Positions 15,639 to 25,508 of a DNA stretch of 39,271 nucleotides are shown here, piece after piece. How positions within the stretch are numbered: the stretch's first letter is position 1; each line of letters begins with the position of its first letter. A model generated the notes under the pieces. It was given only the letters and a program-made list of their open reading frames with translations. It did not search any database and was not told the origin of the DNA. A program made the translations under genes and the position numbers. This DNA comes from a virus. Lineage: Duplodnaviria > Caudoviricetes. The stretch is from the IMG/VR virus record IMGVR_UViG_3300046382_000011, positions 1 to 39,271 of that record; one strand, given 5' to 3'.

Positions 15639-17167
15639 AGTGGGGGCGGCTGCACTGGCGGTCTGTCTATCAGTTGCTGCGTCACACGTGGGCCCAAGCG
15701 GTTGTAGGCTGCCGCTAGCGGAGACGTTGCCGCCGCCGTAGCGCCTGCCGCCAGAGAACCTACAGGATGCGTCATCAGGTTCTGCATGACGGAACGCTCC
15801 GCCGTACCGCTGGAGGGTTGCGACTTGAGGAACCTTTGTCCGATGTCGGCCAGGGTTCCGAGTTCGCCCGCTGCGCCGCGCGCAGCAGCAGACTTCCCCG
15901 CTTGCGTGCGTGTTATCGCGCCGAGTAGCGAAGCCGGGGCCACGTCTCCGGTTACCGCTTTCGCGACCAGTGGTTCAAGCGTTTTGCCTACCGCGTATTG
16001 GCGACGTGCGGTGTTGTATCGGGTAAGCTCTTCGGGAGTCAGTTGCGCAGTGAACGCGTCCTGCAAATCGTCTTGCAGATTGCCTAATGCATTGCGCAAG
16101 TCTCCGTTATTGCCCGCCCCCCGGATATGATTGTTCAGACGCGTGTTAATGCGCCGGAAGGCTTGCCCCGGAAGTTCGCCGTTGCGCGACAGGTCGGTTA
16201 TCTCATCCACATAGCCGCGCACAACGCGTTCTACGTCGCCGGACCCGAACCGTTGAGCCTCCGCCACATGGCCGGATAGGCGGTTTACCAGGTCTTCGTT
16301 GAACGGCACGTTATGCGACGCTGCAATGTCACCGATAGTGCTTCCGGAACGGTTCATCGCCTGGTTGAAGACGCGCCGGGTCAACTTGTCGCCTTCGCCG
16401 CCCAGTTGGTACACAAGCTGGTGGTTGAACATGCGCTGATTGAACTCGCGATTCGTTGCAATAAGCGGATTCTCCTGCGCCAGTTCGCCCGCGTACTTTC
16501 CGTACTTGCTTCCATACACCTCATGGGGGCTGAGACGAAAACCGAGTTCATGCGCCTGGCGAGCCAGCGCCTGCGTTTCCGGTTCCAATGGCGGAAGCAT
16601 GCCCACTGCGCCACGCCCGAGGGCGCGTGCAGGCGCCGCAGCCGTCCGGCCAACTGCACGGTTGATATCCGCCGCGCCTTCCGCAGTCCGCAAAGCCGCA
16701 CCCGGAATTTCCGGAATGCGTCCTATCATCCCGCCTTCAACAGGCAAACCCTGAAGCCGGGACGTTTCCAACGCCTTGCCGACGCCTTCCGTAAGCTGCT
16801 GGCCGGTCTGCGTGCGCGGCTGGTAGGTGAGTTTGTTCGCGAGATCCACGCCCGCGCGCTCCCCCTCCTGAATCCCGGCTTGCGTGCCGTATTTGCCGCT
16901 CGTCAATGTCTTGCCGATGCCGTACAACTGGCCGGCAGCGCCGCCCACTGCACCCGTGGCCGCAGATAGACCGGCTTCGCCGAGCCCCAGGATGCGGTGC
17001 GCGATGTCGTCGGCGTTCTTTTGCGGTTGGGCAGTCGGTGACGTTTCCGGCGGCAGGCGGTCAAGCGGCGCGGCAGGCGCCGCCTGTTGCTTGTACTTCT
17101 CCCACGGCGCGACAGGCGCACCGCCTTCCGGCGCGGCCTGCGATGCGTACTTTTCCCAAGGGTTCAT
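15629..17167 (-). CDS. Putative internal virion/DNA ejection protein
   Basis: PWEKY repeated twice at the N-terminus; Ala/Gly-rich and helical; last of three large low-complexity genes. Confidence 0.6.
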   Translation of the reverse strand: MNPWEKYASQAAPEGGAPVAPWEKYKQQAAPAAPLDRLPPETSPTAQPQKNADDIAHRILGLGEAGLSAATGAVGGAAGQLYGIGKTLTSGKYGTQAGIQEGERAGVDLANKLTYQPRTQTGQQLTEGVGKALETSRLQGLPVEGGMIGRIPEIPGAALRTAEGAADINRAVGRTAAAPARALGRGAVGMLPPLEPETQALARQAHELGFRLSPHEVYGSKYGKYAGELAQENPLIATNREFNQRMFNHQLVYQLGGEGDKLTRRVFNQAMNRSGSTIGDIAASHNVPFNEDLVNRLSGHVAEAQRFGSGDVERVVRGYVDEITDLSRNGELPGQAFRRINTRLNNHIRGAGNNGDLRNALGNLQDDLQDAFTAQLTPEELTRYNTARRQYAVGKTLEPLVAKAVTGDVAPASLLGAITRTQAGKSAAARGAAGELGTLADIGQRFLKSQPSSGTAERSVMQNLMTHPVGSLAAGATAAATSPLAAAYNRLGPRVTQQLIDRPPVQPPPLQP

Positions 17168-18708
17168 TGCACACGCTCCCAACTGGACGGGGAAGCCGGG
17201 TCACCGCCCTTGAAGCGATAACCACTTTCCACGGTTCCGACTGCCGGTCCGCCCGTACCGGGTTCGGTAGGCTCCGCGCGACCGCTGATCCGCGCCTTCT
17301 GGCGCGCCATGACTTCGGTCGGTGCCTTCTGTGCCGCCGCCATTTCCTTTTCCATCACATTCAGCACGGCGTTCAACTGATCCGGTGTACTGGCCGTGGA
17401 CAGCAGTTCGCGTGCGTGCTCCTTGTCGGCCACGGTCGGGACGCCTGTCGGGCTGATCGCGCGGGCGTAGGCGTTGATCGACGTGTTAATGGCCGTACCG
17501 AGCGCCACGACGCGCGGATCGCCCGTATTCGTCTGCGCGGCCTGCAAAGCGCGGTTGACTGGCACAAACTCCGTACGCGGCAGCGCGGCAGACGCCTGAC
17601 GGACCAGCGGGAAGGTGTTCTTCGCTTCCGATACCGCCATGCCGATGTTCGCGGCGCGCGTGGCGCCTGTGCGCGCTGCTGCCTTCTCCCCTTGGAATCC
17701 GGCGTTGGCCGCCGCGATGTCGGCGCCCGTCTCGCCCGCTTCGCGCGTCTGTCGCATGACCTCGCGCCGCAGAGCAATGATGTTCTTCGCGCCCTGCGCG
17801 CCGCGCCCAAGGTTCTGGTAGACGGACGTGTCCCCCTGGCGGGCCTGTTCCGCCAGAAACTTCAGGTCGTCCGGCGAGAACTTCGCGTCGTCACCATTGC
17901 TCAGTGCTACCTGCTGTTTGCGAAGCGCGATTGACTCACCGCGCAGCGCGGCAGACTCACGCGTAGCGTCGGTGCGCTGCTGGATACTCAGGCGCCGGTC
18001 TTCGGACGCCTGCTGCGCTGCCTCGCGGCGTTGCTCCAGCGCGTCGTGTCGATCCTGTACCGCCTGCAACTTCAGCTCGTTGTTGAATTGCTGTTGCAGT
18101 TGCGCTGCCTGCGCTTTCGATGCCGAATCGAGAACCGGAGTCAACTGCGCGAGTCCGGCCATGAGGTCAGAACCTGACAGACCCTGATCCTGAAGCACCT
18201 TCACCGCGCCCTGAAGCGAAAGCGGTCCGCCGCCCTGTTGGGGGGCGGTTGCCGCAGCCTGCGCCGGCGGCGCGGGAATCGCGCCTTGCGGCGCCGCGAC
18301 GGATTGGGGCGGCGTGGTCGGCATCGGGCGGAAAGGCGGAATCGGCTGTTGCTGCGCACCTTGCGGAATACCGCCGGGGGGCAACGGCGGCTGCACGCCA
18401 CCCGGCGCCGGACCCATGCCCGGCATCGGTGCCGCGCCTTGCGGTTGCTGCATAGGCTGCGACGCCTGACCCGGTGCGGGAGGCTGCGGGGGAGGCGGGA
18501 ACTGCGGTTGCTGTGCGGGCATCCCGCCTGCCAGGAGTTGGGGCAAAGCGTTACCCGCTGCGGCCTGTGCGGCCTGCTGACGTTGCCGGTCCTGTTGCGC
18601 CTGCTGGAACTGGAGCATCTGCATTTGCTGCTGTTGCTTTGCCTGTTCCTGCTGCTGCAATTGCCCCTGGTACTGGATGAAGTAGGGAAGCCCCGCGAGT
18701 CCTGCCAT
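17164..18708 (-). CDS. Putative ejection protein, Gln/Pro-rich
   Basis: Poly-Q/P N-terminal third, coiled coil, C-terminal GYRFKGGDPASPSSWERV. Confidence 0.6.
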   Translation of the reverse strand: MAGLAGLPYFIQYQGQLQQQEQAKQQQQMQMLQFQQAQQDRQRQQAAQAAAGNALPQLLAGGMPAQQPQFPPPPQPPAPGQASQPMQQPQGAAPMPGMGPAPGGVQPPLPPGGIPQGAQQQPIPPFRPMPTTPPQSVAAPQGAIPAPPAQAAATAPQQGGGPLSLQGAVKVLQDQGLSGSDLMAGLAQLTPVLDSASKAQAAQLQQQFNNELKLQAVQDRHDALEQRREAAQQASEDRRLSIQQRTDATRESAALRGESIALRKQQVALSNGDDAKFSPDDLKFLAEQARQGDTSVYQNLGRGAQGAKNIIALRREVMRQTREAGETGADIAAANAGFQGEKAAARTGATRAANIGMAVSEAKNTFPLVRQASAALPRTEFVPVNRALQAAQTNTGDPRVVALGTAINTSINAYARAISPTGVPTVADKEHARELLSTASTPDQLNAVLNVMEKEMAAAQKAPTEVMARQKARISGRAEPTEPGTGGPAVGTVESGYRFKGGDPASPSSWERVQ

Positions 18709-18717
18709 GACGCCTCC

Positions 18718-19770
18718 TTACATTGTAAAGCCGTAGCTATTACCGCCACCGCTGTAATAGGGGTTCGACGTGAACGCGCCGCTGAAGTCGCCACCGCCGA
18801 AGGAGCCGGTAGTACCGCCAAACAGGTTGCCCCAGCTCCCGGCGTTCTGGTACGCGCTGCCCAAGCCACTGATGCCTTGTCCGATTGCCTGCCCACCGAG
18901 CGCGCCAGCGGCGCCCGCACCCTGCGCCTGAGCCTGATAGGGCACGGCTTGCGCCCCCTGACCGTTGTTCGCGTAGGGGATGTATTGCCCCTGGATCGCT
19001 TGTCCCGGACCGTACACGTTCTGGTTCAGGAACTGCCCGAACGTGTTCGCAAGTTGCCCCTGGTTCGCTGCGATGCTCTGCGCAGTATCGTAAGGCAATT
19101 GACCACCTTGCAGCGTATAGCCTGCACCAGCACCACCGAGCGCGCCCGCTTGCCCCGCTGCCTGCCCTGCCTGACCGACAGCCTGCCCGTACCCCTGGAG
19201 TCCGGACAACTGCCGCTGCAACTGCTGGTTCTGCCAATCAATATTAAAGTTCGACAGCGCCTGATTCGCAATCCCCGCACCCGCGCCGGAAGCGCCGAGC
19301 CCGTACATCGAGTTCGTGGCGCCAGTCTGGTCTTGCAACTGCTGCGCGGTGCGAGCGTAAAGCGCGTTCTGCGGATCGAGCGCGGTGTTGTACGTGTTCA
19401 GACCGGCCTGAAGCAAACCCTGTTGCGCGCCGAACTGCTGGCCGGCGGCGCCCGTCAACTGGTTGCCCAAGGCGCCGTACTGGTTGCCGGCCTGATTCGC
19501 CGCGTTCTGCAACGCGGGGGCGTACTGTTGGCCAGCCTGAATGCCGTTCCACAGGGAGCCCAAACCGTACTGATCGAGGTCGTACCCCATGTACTTGTTG
19601 AAGTTCTGGTTCTGGATCTGCTGCCATTGCTGGTCGGCGGGCTGAAGACCGGTAGGAACATAGTAACCTCCCCCGCCTCCGCTGCCGCCGGAACTGGATG
19701 GCGATATTGCGCCAGAGATGGCCGACCCTGCGACAGATGCGGCAACGCCTGCTGCGACTCCCCAAGGCAT
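18718..19770 (-). CDS. Putative ejection/pilot protein, Gly/Gln/Ala-rich
   Basis: Hydrophobic Gly/Ala N-terminus typical of podovirus pilot proteins. Confidence 0.6.
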   Translation of the reverse strand: MPWGVAAGVAASVAGSAISGAISPSSSGGSGGGGGYYVPTGLQPADQQWQQIQNQNFNKYMGYDLDQYGLGSLWNGIQAGQQYAPALQNAANQAGNQYGALGNQLTGAAGQQFGAQQGLLQAGLNTYNTALDPQNALYARTAQQLQDQTGATNSMYGLGASGAGAGIANQALSNFNIDWQNQQLQRQLSGLQGYGQAVGQAGQAAGQAGALGGAGAGYTLQGGQLPYDTAQSIAANQGQLANTFGQFLNQNVYGPGQAIQGQYIPYANNGQGAQAVPYQAQAQGAGAAGALGGQAIGQGISGLGSAYQNAGSWGNLFGGTTGSFGGGDFSGAFTSNPYYSGGGNSYGFTM

Positions 19771-19773
19771 GAT

Positions 19774-20055
19774 TTACTCCTTATCGATGTCCGGGTCCGC
19801 TATCGCTTCCGAGTGAATGCAGAGCCAGGTGATGTCTGTTAGTGCCTGAATCCGGTGCTTCTTTCCGGCCTTGATTTCCAGCATGCACGGCGCGTGGTGA
19901 ACTTCCATTTCGCCGTCCACTTCCACCAGTGCGGAGCCCGCGCCGAGATAGCTCAGGTGGTCGTAGTCGTGGGCGTGCTTTTCGACTTCCTGCCCCGCTG
20001 CCAGTGTCTGTTCGCGCGCGTACACACCGCCGGCTGAGAAGTGGTGCTTTATCAT
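19774..20055 (-). CDS. Cupin-domain protein
   Basis: HHFSAGGVYARE, KHAHDYDH, IKAGKKHRI, WLCIH. Confidence 0.8.
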   Translation of the reverse strand: MIKHHFSAGGVYAREQTLAAGQEVEKHAHDYDHLSYLGAGSALVEVDGEMEVHHAPCMLEIKAGKKHRIQALTDITWLCIHSEAIADPDIDKE

Positions 20056-20615
20056 CGCTCGCACCGCAGGCAGATAATCAGCGTGATCCGGTCGTCCGGC
20101 CCGTCGTTCACGACTTCGTGTTCTTTCAGGTTATCGAAGTACCAGACTTCGCCCGGCGCCATCGATACCCGCTCGTCTTCCACGCGGTTCACGCATTGCG
20201 GATTCGACTGCAAAACCACGTATAGCTTGGTATTGTAGTACTTCGCGTGCCAGCCGTCGTCCGCGTGGGGTTCTATCCTGCCTCCCGGCGGGATGCGGGT
20301 AATCATCACACCGCCAATCCGCACCGCGCGCACCCGGTGTGCGAGATCGAACACGATCTGGTGGAGGGATGGCAGCGCGAACCATTCCGGGTAGAACTTC
20401 GCGTCGTGTTCGTCATTGAACTTCGAATAGTCGCCCGATTCCTTGAACGGCTTTTCATCGTTGTACCGCAACCAGATATCATCCATTGCCGCGTGCGGAG
20501 TCTCCGGCGCGGTCTTCCTGACCGTATGCCGGTTCCACAGTTTCGGCTGGCGCGCAATCTCCAGAAGCATCGGCGCCGTGTCGATTCCTGCTGCGATTTT
20601 TACAAGATTCCTCAT
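20052..20615 (-). CDS. Aspartyl/asparaginyl beta-hydroxylase-family 2OG-Fe(II) oxygenase
   Basis: PGGRIEPHAD (HxD), GEVWYFDNLKEHEVVN (distal His), DRITL (2OG-binding Arg). Confidence 0.85.
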   Translation of the reverse strand: MRNLVKIAAGIDTAPMLLEIARQPKLWNRHTVRKTAPETPHAAMDDIWLRYNDEKPFKESGDYSKFNDEHDAKFYPEWFALPSLHQIVFDLAHRVRAVRIGGVMITRIPPGGRIEPHADDGWHAKYYNTKLYVVLQSNPQCVNRVEDERVSMAPGEVWYFDNLKEHEVVNDGPDDRITLIICLRCER

Positions 20616-21016
20616 TGAGCATCTACCAGGCTGTTACGGGCAACGCCCTTGATTTTCTCTACCGTGCGGTACGCGCCGAGACCCAGCAGCGCGGTCAGCA
20701 TCGGCATCATTTCCGACGTGTCGGCAGGCGTCAGGACGATCGGATATTGCAGGATCGCGCACACCGCCTTGGCAACCGAAATTCCAATCCAGTTCCACGC
20801 GCACGCGATGCCGCATACCCACATGATGAAGGGGCGAGCGCCCGACACGAAGACGGACGGATTGGACGCCTGCGCCTTGTTCGCGTCCATCTGCCCCTGG
20901 ATCATGCTCAGGACGGCGGCAAGTTGCTGCTGTTCCTGCTGCGACTTGTCCGGCCAGATGCGCGAGACTACGGTTTGCGCCAGATCCATCCCGGCGGTGA
21001 TAGGGTCTAGTGCCAT
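20612..21016 (-). CDS. Holin (3TM / GTA-type)
   Basis: VFVSGARPFIMWVCG...LLGLGAYRTVEKIKGV; adjacent to the endolysin. Confidence 0.8.
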   Translation of the reverse strand: MALDPITAGMDLAQTVVSRIWPDKSQQEQQQLAAVLSMIQGQMDANKAQASNPSVFVSGARPFIMWVCGIACAWNWIGISVAKAVCAILQYPIVLTPADTSEMMPMLTALLGLGAYRTVEKIKGVARNSLVDAQ

Positions 21017-21567
21017 GACTCACTCCAGTAGCCGTCGCCGACGCCGAGCGTCGTGCAACACATCTTCCACAGGTTCACGCGGTCGTCATACCCGTTCAGC
21101 CCGCCGTTGATGACCTTTGTGATACCTTCGAAGTCCATCACGTCCGCCGATACGTTCAGGCCGTGCGTGTTCCAGAACCATGCCGCAGATTGCGCAGCGT
21201 TGCCGGGTTGTTCCAGCAGTTCCGGGTGATCCGTAAGCGGCAGGACCAGTGCGTCTCCGCAACGCTGGTAGTTCGTGCGGCCCGTCACCTGAATCAGGCC
21301 TCGGCCCCGGAACTTGAACCCGTCGCCCTTCTCGGTGTTGCCGAGATCCGCGCGGCCTTCGTAGCGCTCCTGCGCGGGCGTCGGCCCCCACAGTTCGCGA
21401 ACGTAAATCAGGCGTCCGGATTCGTGACCGATCTGCGCGAGGAACGCAGCCTGGCGCTTAGGCGAATTGATCGCATAAAGCGCCATTGCCGCAGACAGCG
21501 GATCAGCCCACGTTTGCGCGCGAGCGAGAGGAATCCCAAGACAGGCTGCTAACTCTTCCGGAATCAC
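21007..21567 (-). CDS. Glycoside hydrolase family 19 endolysin
   Basis: AAFLAQIGHES, LGNTEKGDGFKFRGRGLIQVTGRTNY, SAAWFW, ITKVINGGLNGYDDR. Confidence 0.92.
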   Translation of the reverse strand: MIPEELAACLGIPLARAQTWADPLSAAMALYAINSPKRQAAFLAQIGHESGRLIYVRELWGPTPAQERYEGRADLGNTEKGDGFKFRGRGLIQVTGRTNYQRCGDALVLPLTDHPELLEQPGNAAQSAAWFWNTHGLNVSADVMDFEGITKVINGGLNGYDDRVNLWKMCCTTLGVGDGYWSESWH

Positions 21568-21776
21568 AGCTTGCCCACCAGTGTCAGGAGTTCCGTCACC
21601 TTGTCCGGCGTCGCCTTCGCGCCGTCGTCGATGATCGCCGTGAACTGGTTGGTGAGCGTCGTCATTTCCTGAGCGCGCGTCTGGATGCCGACCAGGTTAG
21701 CCAGCTTCGTTGCTACGCTGTCGGCGCTCGTGATTACCGCGTTGTAATCTGCTTCGATCTGATCCCAAAACGACAT
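21564..21776 (-). CDS. Hypothetical protein in the lysis cassette (70 aa)
   Basis: AGGAG RBS; helical. Confidence 0.6.
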   Translation of the reverse strand: MSFWDQIEADYNAVITSADSVATKLANLVGIQTRAQEMTTLTNQFTAIIDDGAKATPDKVTELLTLVGKL

Positions 21777-21786
21777 GATGTTGCTC

Positions 21787-21978
21787 CTATTTAAAGAACT
21801 TCCCGAATCCGCCAGCCGCACCGTAAGCCGCAAGCCAGAGTATGAGATAAAAACACGCCTTCCACACCAGGGAGAGAACGCCCTTTCCGATATTCAGCTG
21901 GAAACGCTGCGCCGCGCGCCGCTCCAGTTCATCTACGATTGCCTTGACATCGCCCTCGGTGAGCGTTCGCTGGTCCAT
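21787..21978 (-). CDS. Small single-TM protein (holin/antiholin-like)
   Basis: C-terminal hydrophobic helix; first gene of the lysis cassette. Confidence 0.55.
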   Translation of the reverse strand: MDQRTLTEGDVKAIVDELERRAAQRFQLNIGKGVLSLVWKACFYLILWLAAYGAAGGFGKFFK

Positions 21979-22002
21979 ATTTTTCCCCGGAATAGCACAT
22001 TT

Positions 22003-22776
22003 TTATGCAAACTCGAAAATTATCATCAAACCCGGTGCGCCGTTTTGCCCTTGCGCCGCCGCCGAGTTCTGCCCGACACCCGCGCCGACACCCCCGGAAC
22101 CAAACCCGCGCGCCGCACCGCTGTTGAACGGATCGCCGCCGGAGCCCCACATGCTATTAGCGCCAAGGCCGTTCTGGACGTACGCGGTAGTGAAACCCAC
22201 CCCCGTACCCCCCGTGGCGCCGCGCCCGTTCACGATAATGTTTCCGGAGCCGGAACAGTTGCCGCCCGTGCCGCCGTTGCCGGAGTTGAACCCTCCCGCT
22301 GAGCCGGACCCCGCGCCGCCCTGCGTGCCCCCTGTGCCGCCGACGCAGACCAGAAGCGCACCGAATGAAGTGTTGCCGCCGCTGCCGCCTGCGGGAGCGA
22401 GATTGGCAAGACCACCGAGGCCGATAGTGATAGTGGTCGTAGCCAAGCCCGTCGAGACGTACAGTTCACCGTAGGCTCCTGCGCCGCCGCCACCGCCCGC
22501 CGCGCATTGACCAGGGCCGGTAGGAACTGTCGCGCCGCCCGCGCCGCCGCCCGCGATAGCGCGCACCCATGCTTTCGTGGCGCCTGAAAACGGCGTGTAC
22601 GTGCCACTAACCGTGAACGTCTGGACGTTAAGCAGCGTTCCCGGCGCGACGAAGGAAGTCGGAAGCGCGTTCGCGTTCACCTGGTTCACGATGAAGTTGA
22701 AGTCCGACATAACCTGTGTGGCGTCCGCCGTCGTGCCGTTCTGGAGTGTTACCGGCAAGATGCCGATGATAGCCAT
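22003..22776 (-). CDS. Glycine-rich tail fibre/tail protein
   Basis: NGTTADATQVMSDFN N-terminus; AGGGAGG...GGGGGAG Gly-rich domain ending GAPGLMIIFE. Confidence 0.7.
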   Translation of the reverse strand: MAIIGILPVTLQNGTTADATQVMSDFNFIVNQVNANALPTSFVAPGTLLNVQTFTVSGTYTPFSGATKAWVRAIAGGGAGGATVPTGPGQCAAGGGGGAGAYGELYVSTGLATTTITIGLGGLANLAPAGGSGGNTSFGALLVCVGGTGGTQGGAGSGSAGGFNSGNGGTGGNCSGSGNIIVNGRGATGGTGVGFTTAYVQNGLGANSMWGSGGDPFNSGAARGFGSGGVGAGVGQNSAAAQGQNGAPGLMIIFEFA

Positions 22777-22780
22777 GTCG

Positions 22781-24403
22781 TTACCCCGCGTTCAGTAATC
22801 CCGTGTCCTGGTATTCGGCGTAGAACGTGCCGATTGACAGCGCAGAAGCGCTGGTCGCCAGAACATCGATTGCCATTTTCTGGAAATTCAACGGCGCCTT
22901 CCACGCGAGCGTGTACACGTGTGGCACCTTCGTGTTGCTGGTCCACAACGCGCCGCCCCATGAGAAAGCGCCCCATATCGTCTGCTGCGCCTGCGTCATG
23001 ATGAACGTCGAGCCGAGCGTGTTGCCCTGATCGTCCACCGCCGTGATGTTGTAGTTCACCGCCGCGCCGGAAGCCGACAGCTCAAGCGTCGATTGCACTA
23101 CCTGCAACTGGCGCATGTGATTCGTCTTCGGGAATGTGGACGACTTCAGGTGACTCGTCAGGTTCGTTCCCGCGTCGTTGTACACATCGTTCAGACCGGG
23201 GATGCTGTCGCTCTTGAACAGCGCCGCCCCGTGGTCGGCTCCCGACAGGATGAAGTAATTCCCGACTTGCGAAGCGCAATCGTAGGTGAACGTGTGCGGC
23301 CCCGTCCACCGCAGGCGTCGAATGTCGTACCAGTAGTCGTTTGTCTGCGCGATGCCCTGAATCACTGTCGGGATGCATATCCGGTAGATGTTCCCGGAAT
23401 AAGAGGCTGCGATCCGGGAAGGAGTCGTCGCGTTCTGGAACGGGACTTGCACGTCCGACATACCGCCCTGCCCCGGCGTTTTAGACAGGGGGCCTACCGT
23501 CCCCGCGTAACTGGCCACGTAAGGCCCGTCTACGCCTGCAAAGATGATCCCGAAAGGCGAGGGGACGATACTACGCGGCGCGACGCTACCCGTGGTCAGC
23601 GTGATGTAATTCAACGACAGGTTATTCGTGGCGGGATCGCCCGATACCTGCCAGATCTGCGAGATCTTGAACACTGCCAGTGCGCCGAGCACGCCCGAAG
23701 ACGTAGTAGTCAGCGGCAGGCCGGACAACGCGGTAATCAGCGTCGTGTCGCCTATCGTCAGATCCTGAGAGGCGTTCGTGCGCACAGTCGGCGCGAGCAC
23801 ATCACTCAGCGCCAGATGGTTGCTGTTGTAGGCGAAGTACGCGCGGTTGTTGTAGTTCGCAACAGCCGTAGGGACTTTGCCCATCGGGTTTGTGGTCAGA
23901 TCGGTAGAACTCCAGGCCGGTGCCGCCGGGTTCGTGATGTCGATCACGCCGAAGAAGTTCGTACCTGTCCCGCTAAACCCCGGATGCGTCACGAGAATCT
24001 TCGTGCTGACGACAGCCATTGTCGGCGGCGTCCACGCGCCCGACGTGGCGGGGGAGGCCGGCACGTTGCCCGCTACCACGCCTGAGATTGTTACGAACGT
24101 GTTCGTCAGGCTGTTATAGGCGAACGGTTCATCGAAACCGGGATTGCGCGCGGTCGATACCATTCCGTAAATCATCGTTCCGATAGACACCTGCACGGAC
24201 ACGAATGTCGGTGCCGTGAAGCTGCCAAACGTCGTCAGCGCTGCGCCCACGCCGGGGCGTGAGACAACAATTTCCGGGTTGCCCTGATCGAAAATGAGAT
24301 TGCTTAGCGCTTGACACGCGCCGGGGAAAGCGTCCGTTGCGTCGAATGCATCGCACAAACCTTTCGGCGTAAAACGCATCGGGTACCCATTGCGAATTCC
24401 CAC
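22781..24403 (-). CDS. Tail nozzle/stabilisation protein (P22 gp10 / T7 gp12-like position)
   Basis: 540 aa, beta-rich, directly after the adaptor. Confidence 0.6.
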   Translation of the reverse strand: MGIRNGYPMRFTPKGLCDAFDATDAFPGACQALSNLIFDQGNPEIVVSRPGVGAALTTFGSFTAPTFVSVQVSIGTMIYGMVSTARNPGFDEPFAYNSLTNTFVTISGVVAGNVPASPATSGAWTPPTMAVVSTKILVTHPGFSGTGTNFFGVIDITNPAAPAWSSTDLTTNPMGKVPTAVANYNNRAYFAYNSNHLALSDVLAPTVRTNASQDLTIGDTTLITALSGLPLTTTSSGVLGALAVFKISQIWQVSGDPATNNLSLNYITLTTGSVAPRSIVPSPFGIIFAGVDGPYVASYAGTVGPLSKTPGQGGMSDVQVPFQNATTPSRIAASYSGNIYRICIPTVIQGIAQTNDYWYDIRRLRWTGPHTFTYDCASQVGNYFILSGADHGAALFKSDSIPGLNDVYNDAGTNLTSHLKSSTFPKTNHMRQLQVVQSTLELSASGAAVNYNITAVDDQGNTLGSTFIMTQAQQTIWGAFSWGGALWTSNTKVPHVYTLAWKAPLNFQKMAIDVLATSASALSIGTFYAEYQDTGLLNAG

Positions 24404-24411
24404 AGGGCCCC

Positions 24412-25116
24412 CTAGTCGGTGATTTTGGTCGGCTTAAGCGTACGGTTCGTGTGGAAGCGTCGCGGATCGAGGCGCACGGACTTCACCACCTGCTGTTCAT
24501 CGCCTTCCATGATGAGATGGATACGCAACATCGCGTCGCACTGCGCGAGGAAGCTCTCGCGCCGCGTGTCGTCCGTGATGTCCATCAGCCGCGCCGCCGT
24601 TGCCTTGATTAGGTAATCCTGGTCCGGGAACCACGGAATCACGGGCGACGTTTCCGGAGCCGTGATGTCCGGTTGCTTCACCATGTAACGGTGCGTCAGC
24701 GTGATCTGGCCGGACGACTGCGGGTAGATGAACAGCGTGCCCGAACTGTTCTGAGCGATAGCCGTTGTCTCGTCCACGAGGATCGTCATGAACTCGTACG
24801 GATAGTTCGCGATCGACGGGTCTTTAAACTCCTGGTCGTACTCCTCCGTGCTGATCGGATTCAGGAAGTACGGCAGATTGTTCTGTTCGAAGAACAGATC
24901 GTACGTGCGCAGATAGTTCAACGGGAGCGTGAACGGCCCGAAGTTGTTTGCCTGCACAGTGATGAATTCGATGACCCGGTTGATCTTCAGGTCACGGTGC
25001 AACCAGAGGTCCTCCAGGGCCATGTTCAGAAACTGCCCGCCCTGCTGGACATAGCCGGGGCACTTGGCGATGGTGCACGCCAAGGAAACAATCTGCTGGG
25101 CCTGGAGGTAAGCCAT
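24412..25116 (-). CDS. Head-tail adaptor protein
   Basis: Helical N-terminus (FLNMALEDL), LFIYPQ, position after the capsid. Confidence 0.6.
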   Translation of the reverse strand: MAYLQAQQIVSLACTIAKCPGYVQQGGQFLNMALEDLWLHRDLKINRVIEFITVQANNFGPFTLPLNYLRTYDLFFEQNNLPYFLNPISTEEYDQEFKDPSIANYPYEFMTILVDETTAIAQNSSGTLFIYPQSSGQITLTHRYMVKQPDITAPETSPVIPWFPDQDYLIKATAARLMDITDDTRRESFLAQCDAMLRIHLIMEGDEQQVVKSVRLDPRRFHTNRTLKPTKITD

Positions 25117-25499
25117 TACGCCGCCTTCTTCACAGAAGCGATTTTCGCTTTGCCTTCATCGAGATACTTCTCGATCTGCTTGATCTGGACGGGCAGATTC
25201 GTCATCTGCGCCTGTTCCTGACTCGTCAACTTGTACTTTGCCTTTGAGCGTTCCAGCAGATCCGCGTACGCCTTGCGGTGATCTTCGAGCATCTTCACCT
25301 GCGCCTCGATAGCCTTTTCGAGCACAGGGATTTCCAGAATCGCCTGCTGGCGAAGAAGGGCTTCGCGGTAGACATCCATCCGTTCATTCAAACCTTCCGG
25401 GGTCTCGCCTTCGATCACATAGCTGCTGATCGAAACGGAAGCGCCGTTCGGCGCGGGCAAGTTGATCTGGAAGTTTCCCAGTACGGTATGTTCGTTCAT
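25116..25499 (-). CDS. Hypothetical coiled-coil protein
   Basis: GAGG RBS; operon position. Confidence 0.7.
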   Translation of the reverse strand: MNEHTVLGNFQINLPAPNGASVSISSYVIEGETPEGLNERMDVYREALLRQQAILEIPVLEKAIEAQVKMLEDHRKAYADLLERSKAKYKLTSQEQAQMTNLPVQIKQIEKYLDEGKAKIASVKKAA

Positions 25500-25508
25500 C
25501 GTTTCCTC

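Noticed and set aside
18238-19842. Long plus-strand ORFs across the late arm (also 13966..14883, 23093..24085, 26174..27583)
   Set aside because: Antisense shadows of high-GC minus-strand genes with no domain motifs
22003-22776. Diversity-generating retroelement as in BPP-1-like phages
   Set aside because: No reverse transcriptase motif and no template/variable repeat pair noticed
24310-24403. FPG in the N-terminus of the nozzle protein (TDAFPGAC) as a fourth leader
   Set aside because: Further from the start, acidic context and no following Ile; probably chance
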